From Candidatus Woesebacteria bacterium (GTDB taxonomy: Bacteria > Patescibacteriota > Microgenomatia > UBA1400 > UBA1396), in the NCBI GenBank assembly GCA_021208605.1, contig JAJOJK010000017.1, positions 17,872-81,871 on the forward strand: DNA of 64,000 nt. The letters run 5' to 3'. The notes beneath the pieces were generated by a model. The model was not told the DNA's origin, searched no databases, and saw nothing but the letters and a program-made list of their open reading frames with translations. The first letter of the stretch is position 1; every line of letters starts with the position of its first letter. Both the position numbers and the translations under genes were made by a program. This document shows positions 56,915 through 64,000 of this stretch, piece by piece.

Positions 56915-57577
56915 ATGGCCTTTCAACGTGTCACTATGAAAACGCAAACTGCAACCGATACCAACGGATCAACTCCGACTTCCACCGCAGCTCCTGCAGA
57001 GGAGAAGCAGGCGACACCTCGTCCGGAAGCGTTTCGTATGCGCACCGTAGCGCCAGATTCCTCGAAAAAGCAGAGTCTGTTTGACGATACAAAGGAAAAA
57101 AACACTATGAAAAATACATTTTCCCGCAAAACACTTCTTATTGGCGCTCTTGTGATGGTGGTGCTTGGTTTGAGTTCCGGTTTCGCTGGTGCATACCTGA
57201 CGAAACAATCGGGCGGCGTTGCCGTTGTCCCGAAAGAAAATCAGAAAACCGCTCAAGAAGTTGAGAATGCGGTTCGTGTGGGTGCCGTATTTGGTGTACC
57301 CGATGAAAAAACATTCAGTGATGACACTACTGGTGTGCTTATCACCGGAGGCTTGGAAGGAGAAGGTTCTCACACACTGCTTCGTCCTGGCGGAGAATCG
57401 CAGAATGTTTACCTCACCTCTTCGGTTGTCGATCTAGACCAATTTGAAGGTCACCGCGTGCACATTTGGGGTGAAACCTTTAAAGGCCAAAAGGCTGGTT
57501 GGTTAATGGATGTCGGTCGTATCGAAGTCGAAGAACTCGACGCCGACAAGCCAGAGTGGTATACCGAGTCACAATAA
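56915..57577 (+). CDS. Hypothetical single-TM protein
   Basis: SD GAGGAG; TM; C-terminal GSHTLLRPGG...YLTSSVVDL...GWLMDVGR. Confidence 0.75.
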   Translation: MAFQRVTMKTQTATDTNGSTPTSTAAPAEEKQATPRPEAFRMRTVAPDSSKKQSLFDDTKEKNTMKNTFSRKTLLIGALVMVVLGLSSGFAGAYLTKQSGGVAVVPKENQKTAQEVENAVRVGAVFGVPDEKTFSDDTTGVLITGGLEGEGSHTLLRPGGESQNVYLTSSVVDLDQFEGHRVHIWGETFKGQKAGWLMDVGRIEVEELDADKPEWYTESQ

Positions 57578-57601
57578 AAGAAACAAACGAATTGTACGTC
57601 T

Positions 57602-58354
57602 ATGATCCAGTTTGAAAACGTCAGCAAGGTGTTTCCAAATGGGTTTGTGGGGCTGGAAGATATTTCTTTCACGATTGAACCGCAAACACTGACGTATATT
57701 ATTGGTGAATCAGGAGCGGGAAAAACAACGCTGCTGCGATTGCTTATTCGCGAACTCATGCCGAGTGAAGGCGAAATCTATTTTGGTGGTGAACCGCTCA
57801 CTCGTTTGTCTTCACGCCATATTCCTCACTTACGCCGTCGTATTGGCGTAGTGTTTCAAGACTACAAGCTGATTCCAGAGCGCACCATTCGCGAGAATAT
57901 TGGCCTGGTTTTAGAAATCATGGGAGTTCCCCGATCTGAACAGCGCAAGAAGACCGAAGATGTTTTGGATGTGGTCGGACTCGGTGACAAAGCTGATTTG
58001 TTCCCAGTGCAGTTGTCGGGTGGTGAGTTGCAACGAGTGTCAATTGCCCGCGCCTTAGCTACAACTCCAGAAGTCCTCTTTGCTGATGAGCCGACCGGAA
58101 ATCTCGATCCGGAAACCAGCAAAGGCATCGCTGATCTTCTCAAGAAAATTACCGATCTCGGTACAACCGTAATTATTTCCACCCATGACTTGGTGCTCTT
58201 GGAAGACTTCCCAGGACGTGAGTTGCACCTTCGTCAAGGAAAGCTCGTTCGTGACACCGCTGCTGACGAAAAAGAAGATACCAAGTCAACTTCCAAGAAG
58301 AAATCCACTCCCAAAGAAGCCCCAGCAGAAACCGCAGAGGAAGAGGAGGCGTAA
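57602..58354 (+). CDS. ftsE: Cell division ABC ATPase FtsE
   Basis: GESGAGKTT, RRRIGVVFQDYKL, LSGGE; upstream of ftsX. Confidence 0.92.
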   Translation: MIQFENVSKVFPNGFVGLEDISFTIEPQTLTYIIGESGAGKTTLLRLLIRELMPSEGEIYFGGEPLTRLSSRHIPHLRRRIGVVFQDYKLIPERTIRENIGLVLEIMGVPRSEQRKKTEDVLDVVGLGDKADLFPVQLSGGELQRVSIARALATTPEVLFADEPTGNLDPETSKGIADLLKKITDLGTTVIISTHDLVLLEDFPGRELHLRQGKLVRDTAADEKEDTKSTSKKKSTPKEAPAETAEEEEA

Positions 58355-59223
58355 TGGCGGCCTTAACGCAAGCGTTCAAAAACATCCGTCGTTCGCCGTA
58401 TCAAGCTTTTGCGGCGGTGTTGTTGGTGATAGTAACATTTGTGGTCGGCTATTCGTTGGTACTCTTTATGTTGGGTTCGGACCGCGTGCTGCGCTATTTT
58501 GAGACGCGTCCACAAGTGACGGCATTTTTTGAACAAGATATTGAAACCGAAATCTTAGAATCGCATGCCGAGGAGTTACGCACACAGTCGTATGTTAGTA
58601 ATGTCGAGGTGATTTCTCAGGAAGAAGCTTTGGAAATCTATCAGGAGCAGACTGGCAATGACCCAGTCATGCTGGAGTTAGTGACCGCCGATATCTTACC
58701 GCCTTCCCTGGAAGTTTCGACTGTGGCGTTAGAAGACCTCGCCCAAGTTGCCGATCAGCTCGAACAAATGGAAGGTATTGACGAAGTTGTGTACCAAGAG
58801 GATGTTGTGGACAGCTTGCGCCACTGGTCGACACTTTTGCGCCAAATTGGTTTGGGCGTGACTGGAGTTTTCGCTCTGACCGCCATCTTAATTATTGTGG
58901 TCATTACTAGTATTCGCATTGCCAGTCGAAAAGGAGAGATCCGTATTATGCGCCTCATGGGTGCGACCAAGTGGTACATTATGCAGCCATTCTTGTTGGA
59001 AGGTGTTTTGTACGGCTTGCTTGGTTCTGTTTTTGCCTGGGGTGTGGTCTACATTGGTTTGTTGTATGCCACGCCGACAATTCAACAATTTTTTGGAGAA
59101 GTACACTTGCTGCCGGTACCACCATTACACATGCTTATTTTGCTCGGTGGTGGTTTGGTAGTGGGCGCGAGCATTGGCATGATCGCCAGCTTCTTTAGTA
59201 CCCGTCGACTTTTCCGTCGATAA
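58354..59223 (+). CDS. ftsX: Cell division permease FtsX
   Basis: 4-TM pattern, EIRIMRLMGAT, PFLLEG. Confidence 0.92.
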   Translation: MAALTQAFKNIRRSPYQAFAAVLLVIVTFVVGYSLVLFMLGSDRVLRYFETRPQVTAFFEQDIETEILESHAEELRTQSYVSNVEVISQEEALEIYQEQTGNDPVMLELVTADILPPSLEVSTVALEDLAQVADQLEQMEGIDEVVYQEDVVDSLRHWSTLLRQIGLGVTGVFALTAILIIVVITSIRIASRKGEIRIMRLMGATKWYIMQPFLLEGVLYGLLGSVFAWGVVYIGLLYATPTIQQFFGEVHLLPVPPLHMLILLGGGLVVGASIGMIASFFSTRRLFRR

Positions 59224-59245
59224 TCGCTACACTGTGCACTACTGT

Positions 59246-60478
59246 ATGAAACTGCCCCAGTTATCCGCATCAGCCTTTCTGCGACGCCTTGCTGGAATTT
59301 GCTTAGTGTTGCTTTTGGTATTTTCCGTTCCGGTTTCAGCGCAAGCGCAACTGATTGATGATGAGCGTCATCAGCAACTCCTTGACGAAATTTCCGAGCT
59401 CGAAAAAAAACTTGCCGAAACAAAAGCAGAGAAAAATACACTTTCCGAGAATATTCAATATTTGAATAACCGTATTGCGCTCAACGAAAAAGAAATCGAA
59501 AAGACGCAGTATGATATTGCCGTGTTGGATGCCCAGATCAACGATCTCGGACAGCGTATTGTCGGTCTCGAGTCCTCGCTTGGTGAATTGTCGGAAGCGT
59601 TAATTGATCGCGTGCAAACCCAGTATAAGCGTCGCGCAACCGATCCTATTAGTATGGTTTTTGCGACCACTGGCCTGTCAGATTTCTTTAAGGAGCATAA
59701 GTACTACGAGCGAGTACGGAGTCACACGCAAGAACTCTTGCTGACCACCGAACTCAAGCGTCAGGTCTACGACGAGGAAAAGACCAACAAGGAAGACAAG
59801 CAAACCGAGATGGAGGTGTTGCAACAGCGCCTGAACTCGCAGCAGGCGGAACTGCGTCAACAAGAGCAAGCCAAACAGCAATTACTCACGCAGACAAAAA
59901 ATAGTGAAGCGAACTACAGTCGTTTGCTCTCCGAAGCTCGTGAAGAATTGAACTCGCTGAGTCGATTTACCGAAACGAAAACGGCATCAGGAGTTTTGCC
60001 AGCGCAGAACAGTCCTGATGGGTGGTACTTTAGCCAGCGTGATGAGCGATGGGCGAACAACTGTGTTGGCCTGAGTTGTGACTACAATATTTACGAGGTC
60101 GGCTGTCTTATTTCCAGCGCCGCTATGGTGAAGAAGAAATTCGGTGAAAGTGTGACTCCAGCGAGTATTGCGGGCAATACCAGCTACTTCTTTGGTACCA
60201 CCGCGTATATGTTACGTCCATATCCGTCGCCATCAGGCTACTCTTACGCGTACAGTGGATACAATCCGAGCGTGATTGATTCACAGCTCGAAAAAGGAAA
60301 TCCCGTTATTGTGAAGTTAAATGTGGCTACTCAGTACTCAACTCACTTTGTTGTCCTCAAAGAAGGCAAGGGCGGTGACTACATCATGCATGATCCGTGG
60401 GAAGGCTACGATAAGAAATTCACCGATTTTTATTCGCTCGGCCAAATCTCGAGTATGGCATACTTAATTCCTGGTTAA
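59246..60478 (+). CDS. PcsB/EnvC-like coiled-coil protein with a C39-like peptidase domain
   Basis: Signal peptide, long coiled coil, FSQRDERW...GCLISSAAM...HFVVL...HDP. Confidence 0.8.
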   Translation: MKLPQLSASAFLRRLAGICLVLLLVFSVPVSAQAQLIDDERHQQLLDEISELEKKLAETKAEKNTLSENIQYLNNRIALNEKEIEKTQYDIAVLDAQINDLGQRIVGLESSLGELSEALIDRVQTQYKRRATDPISMVFATTGLSDFFKEHKYYERVRSHTQELLLTTELKRQVYDEEKTNKEDKQTEMEVLQQRLNSQQAELRQQEQAKQQLLTQTKNSEANYSRLLSEAREELNSLSRFTETKTASGVLPAQNSPDGWYFSQRDERWANNCVGLSCDYNIYEVGCLISSAAMVKKKFGESVTPASIAGNTSYFFGTTAYMLRPYPSPSGYSYAYSGYNPSVIDSQLEKGNPVIVKLNVATQYSTHFVVLKEGKGGDYIMHDPWEGYDKKFTDFYSLGQISSMAYLIPG

Positions 60479-60514
60479 CGCTGTCGAAACTGTTCTTTTA
60501 TTGTCTCTTTTTGT

Positions 60515-61324
60515 GTGTATGGTAGGAGCGTGTGGAAACGCTTTTGTATTTTGACAGGGATTGGAATTATCTTTTTGACTTGCGCTTCCTCTGCTGTGGC
60601 GATTGATGTTGGTGGAGTTCGTGTCCGTGCCGTCTTCCCGAATCCACAAGGCTCGGATACCACGGAGTGGATCTTGATCGAAAATAACGGTTCTCAACCC
60701 CTTACAAGTGGTGAGATTACGGTGCGTGATACCGAAGGTTCGGTGCACGGATTTACGGTAGCGGAAGAAATTGCTGCAGGAGATTTTTTGTTCCTTCCGG
60801 CAACTGTCAGTGGTATTGCTTTGAATAACTCAACTGATACCGTCGAGATTGTACAGAACAACACAGTCATGTTTACGTCAAAACCCTACCAAGATGCCGA
60901 AGAAGACCAAGTGTGGTGGGTGTCAGATGAGAATGCCTGGCAGTGGTCACCGGTAGCGGAATTTTTGGTCCGGCTCGATAACGGCGACTTTGCAGTATCT
61001 CCATCGAGTCAGGAAGAAGAGAACACGTCACCCACACCCGATCTTCAGGGCTTACCTGCTGTTACGCCACACCCAGCTTCTGTGAATGAAGCTGATCCAG
61101 AAAGTACTCCAGACACGCCACTGGTCACGCCAACACCATATTTGGGCCAGTCACCGCATCTGGAAGCTTCTTTAGCCACACTTTCTGCCCAGCAACAAAT
61201 GCCATCGGAACCATTGGCCTTTCCCCAATTTGACTTTTCTGCCCAAGAGGATCGATTTATGCAGTGGAAGCGCCAGGCACTCCTCGGGAGTTTGCTGAGA
61301 TTTTTTCTGGTGGCTGCTTTTTAG
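60515..61324 (+). CDS. Lamin-tail-domain surface protein
   Basis: FPNPQGSDTTEWILIEN, LNNSTDTV, Pro/Thr-rich linker. Start and 3' end are uncertain. Confidence 0.65.
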   Translation: MYGRSVWKRFCILTGIGIIFLTCASSAVAIDVGGVRVRAVFPNPQGSDTTEWILIENNGSQPLTSGEITVRDTEGSVHGFTVAEEIAAGDFLFLPATVSGIALNNSTDTVEIVQNNTVMFTSKPYQDAEEDQVWWVSDENAWQWSPVAEFLVRLDNGDFAVSPSSQEEENTSPTPDLQGLPAVTPHPASVNEADPESTPDTPLVTPTPYLGQSPHLEASLATLSAQQQMPSEPLAFPQFDFSAQEDRFMQWKRQALLGSLLRFFLVAAF

Positions 61325-61403
61325 TCATTTGCGTGCCGTATTTTTGGGAGCGATACCACTGGCGCTTCTGAAACTCTGTCTGAAGGTTGCTACAATAACG
61401 GAT

Positions 61404-61805
61404 ATGCTTCGCTTCCTGTGGGAACGCGCGGTACAGTGGGGACCAGCTGTTTTCATTGTGAGCGTCATTACCTTTCTGTCGCATCAGCCAAAGTTACCCG
61501 GGCCAGATGGCTTTGCGTGGGAGTTTTTGTGGTTTAAGACGGGGCACTTGGTGGTGTATGCTCTGCTGGCTTGGTCTTTGTATCGGGCGTTGTGGTGGCA
61601 GCGGTGGTCGCAAATACTTTCTCGTCGCCAAGTTTGTATCTTGTTAGCCACGGTTGCAGTATTGGCAGTGCTCGATGAGGTTCACCAAAGTTTTATTCCT
61701 GGTCGCGGACCACATATTCGCGATGTGGGTATTGATGTACTCGGCGCAATGCTTTTTGTAGTGTGGCATCGGTGGAGTTCCCAAATTATATCGCCAGAGC
61801 AGTAA
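61404..61805 (+). CDS. VanZ family protein
   Basis: KTGHLVVY, DEVHQSFIPGR...D. Confidence 0.88.
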   Translation: MLRFLWERAVQWGPAVFIVSVITFLSHQPKLPGPDGFAWEFLWFKTGHLVVYALLAWSLYRALWWQRWSQILSRRQVCILLATVAVLAVLDEVHQSFIPGRGPHIRDVGIDVLGAMLFVVWHRWSSQIISPEQ

Positions 61806-61882
61806 TACGCCAGGAGTTTTCTCGAGCAAGCGTGCTATAATTTTGTTCTTGCCACCCGTGCTGAGAGCACGGGGAACCCCGC

Positions 61883-61957
61883 CGGGATGTAGCTCAGATG
61901 GCTTAGAGCGCACGCATGGGGTGCGTGAGGTCGCTGGTTCGAGTCCAGTCATCCCGA
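61883..61957 (+). tRNA. tRNA-Pro(GGG)
   Basis: CGGGATG...CACGC-ATGGGGT-GCGTG...GGTTCGAGTCC...CATCCCG-A. TGcTATAAT upstream. Confidence 0.94.
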
Positions 61958-61995
61958 CTCATGAAAAACTGCCAATTGGTCAGTTTTTTTATGAG
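61958..61995 (+). terminator. Terminator after tRNA-Pro
   Basis: CTCATGAAAAACTG-CCAATTGGT-CAGTTTTTTTATGAG. Confidence 0.65.
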
Positions 61996-62009
61996 TTGTG
62001 GAATGTCGG

Positions 62010-62141
62010 AGCGCGCCAAGTTCGACGCCGCCAAGTGCATGTCGTAGACGCACATGGCTAGTACTGGGAGGCGTTTACGCCGAGCAGTGATCCAGACACC
62101 TTATACCTTACGAGAGCGAATTGACTCGCGACGGGGTGAGC
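62010..62141 (+). repeat. tRNA-adjacent conserved element, copy 2
   Basis: Same ordered motifs as 28961-29055. Confidence 0.6.
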
Positions 62142-62156
62142 CTACCGATTTCCCTC

Positions 62157-63023
62157 CTACACCTCATTGGCTTCTCGTACCTGCAACGCAGCCAACCGCG
62201 ACAACATTTGCATATACTCGCGCAAAAAAATGAGTTCAGGTTCTTTCTCTAAGGCCTCCGCAGGGATACGAGAAAGATGTTGCGCCGCGGAAAAAAGCAG
62301 GGCGTTTGTGCTGGCTCTTCCCTCGGGCGAGATGTTGGGATCGGTATAGATGTTCAAAAAGTGTTCCAGTAACTGCCTCAGTGCGGAATGAAGCTTTTGC
62401 CGAGTAGAGTCTTTGTCATAGATATCAGATTGGAGTGCGTTTATGTCGCGTATGTACGTTTTAATCTCTTCGTGATGCGACGCAATGCGGCCGTGTCTTC
62501 CAAAGATCCACTCTGTAGCCTGCCCGATGCGGGCTTTTGCTTGGGTAAAGGTGTAGGCTAGAAGGGAAATGTTGTTTGTACTGCGTTGAATATTTTCTAC
62601 GGCGCGACTAAAACTGATAGGATGGGAGTGTGATTCGCTGGAGATATTGCGTGAGTACCGAGCGACCGTATCGGGCGAGAATGGCAACTGTGGATTGTAG
62701 ACATGAACCGCTAACTCGATCAAATCTTTGAGCCAGACAGATTGCGATTCCATTGTCTCTATTTTTTGCTGCATTGGTTCTTGCGACAGTGCCTTGCGCA
62801 AACGGAGTAACCCAACAATGGCTTGGGAAAGATCCGCGGTGGAGTCGCCTTTATAGGCTTCGCCACGATAGATGGTGTGTTTGTTGATGGTGGTGATGAG
62901 ATCTATCAACTGTGATTGCGGAGGGCGCTCATTTTCAGTTTGTCGTTGATCCGGGCCAGAAAGTGGTTCTAATGGAAGCGGTGGTTCTACCCTGTCCTGT
63001 TTTTGTCGGCGAATTTGCACCAT
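62157..63023 (-). CDS. Hypothetical protein
   Basis: 288-aa ORF with TATAAT upstream. Confidence 0.65.
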   Translation of the reverse strand: MVQIRRQKQDRVEPPLPLEPLSGPDQRQTENERPPQSQLIDLITTINKHTIYRGEAYKGDSTADLSQAIVGLLRLRKALSQEPMQQKIETMESQSVWLKDLIELAVHVYNPQLPFSPDTVARYSRNISSESHSHPISFSRAVENIQRSTNNISLLAYTFTQAKARIGQATEWIFGRHGRIASHHEEIKTYIRDINALQSDIYDKDSTRQKLHSALRQLLEHFLNIYTDPNISPEGRASTNALLFSAAQHLSRIPAEALEKEPELIFLREYMQMLSRLAALQVREANEV

Positions 63024-63069
63024 ATCAAAACCTATTATAGAGAACGAGCGTGGTGAAAGATAGTCTGTG

Positions 63070-63381
63070 TTATCGAGAGATAGGACTCAGATGAGTTCGA
63101 GCTCTTTGAGTACTCATCACAAAGCAATGACCAATAACATCTCTATTCTCTGATTCCTGAACTTTGAATTTTAAGTAAGCAGGATTACTACTAGATTTAC
63201 CAAGATAGATAATCGCTGTTTTTGCTGGTAGCGTTTGCCAATTGAGAGGATGGCTAAAGTTACGCTGTAGTTCCTGAGCAATGAAGTACGTGCTGTTTAC
63301 AGTATATTCAAGTTTCTGATCACCACTCAGTGGTCCTAAATATCGTTGATCTACTGTTTCTTGGCGTCTTGGTTTTCTCAT
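63070..63381 (-). CDS. Hypothetical protein
   Basis: 103-aa ORF with SD AAGGAG. Confidence 0.6.
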   Translation of the reverse strand: MRKPRRQETVDQRYLGPLSGDQKLEYTVNSTYFIAQELQRNFSHPLNWQTLPAKTAIIYLGKSSSNPAYLKFKVQESENRDVIGHCFVMSTQRARTHLSPISR

Positions 63382-63454
63382 ACTTCTCCTTAAGTCCCAT
63401 AGTATATATCAAAAACTATTTTTTGGATAGAAGATATGCCGTACAATAAACAGC

Positions 63455-63889
63455 ATGCAAATTACAGACGCCGCCTACGGTTTCGTTCCATTCATTATCA
63501 AAAATGGTGAACCACTCTATCTAGTAACCCTTCACCACAAAGGCCACTGGGCATTCCCAAAAGGCCATGCCGAAGGCAATGAAACTCCGCTTGAAGCTGG
63601 TCTGCGCGAACTCCGGGAAGAAACCGGATTAGAGCCAAAGCGTATCTATGAGCAAGCTACGTTTCTGGAAGAGTACACGTTTACCGATCCCGATGGCAAT
63701 GAAGTAGAGAAGACGAATACCTTTTGGTTGGCTGAGATGCCGCACCAAGAAGTGACTCCACAAGAAGCGGAAGTGGATGACTTTGCGTGGTTGCCATATG
63801 ACGAAGCAATGGAAAGAATGACTTTTGCGAGCGCAAAAAAATCATTGCTGCGTGCTCATGAGCTTTTTGAGCAGTACGTTCGCGAGTAA
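63455..63889 (+). CDS. NUDIX hydrolase (Ap4A hydrolase-like)
   Basis: HWAFPKGHAE...LRELREETG. Confidence 0.9.
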   Translation: MQITDAAYGFVPFIIKNGEPLYLVTLHHKGHWAFPKGHAEGNETPLEAGLRELREETGLEPKRIYEQATFLEEYTFTDPDGNEVEKTNTFWLAEMPHQEVTPQEAEVDDFAWLPYDEAMERMTFASAKKSLLRAHELFEQYVRE

Positions 63890-64000
63890 TTTGCTCCTGT
63901 TTTCCTCAAGAAAATTTGGTAGGCTGAGCACAGCTACACAGCACTTCTTCGTTGAAATCGTTGTGTTTTTTATACCATTACAAAGGACTCAGGCCTGCTC

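Noticed and set aside
1-64000. CRISPR array or cas genes
   Set aside because: No regularly spaced direct repeats and no Cas motifs were seen.
1-64000. UGA-recoded genetic code (Gracilibacteria/Absconditabacteria code 25)
   Set aside because: prfB is present and TGA terminates well-formed genes (for example gatC, gatB, apbE, udk).

Overview
Bacterial genomic DNA, genetic code 11. It most likely comes from a Patescibacteria/CPR organism (Microgenomates-like); this is inferred from gene content, pervasive leaderless starts, class I FBA, an ApbE/FMN/RnfD-FNR cassette and many orphan ORFs. Positions 1-4.1 kb are the end of a prophage-like element (terminase-small-like HTH, two DNA methyltransferases, MerR-like HTH, DUF4352). 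Positions 4.1-21.7 kb are an AT-richer array of small, independently oriented enzyme genes (GNAT, NUDIX, HIT, HAD, Ham1, M20, nucleoside hydrolase, methyltransferases) with recurrent short intergenic motifs. Positions 21.7-64 kb are mostly core genome: udk, sortase plus substrate, flavinylation electron-transfer cassette, 4 tRNAs, NhaP, lemA-htpX-clpB with CIRCE, fbaB, gatCAB, dnaE, MurF-like, MacAB-like ABC, prfB, ftsEX plus hydrolase. The most notable signals are: (i) two homologous leaderless leader-peptide transcription attenuators (MxTNN-x5-WF) in front of operons containing M20 amidohydrolases; (ii) an atypical T-box riboswitch controlling an unknown 74-aa ORF convergent with ybaK; (iii) a conserved element downstream of two unrelated tRNA genes; (iv) an orphan CIRCE. 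Several genes are broken at homopolymers, probably by long-read errors. All product calls come from motif recognition by eye; no database searches were run.
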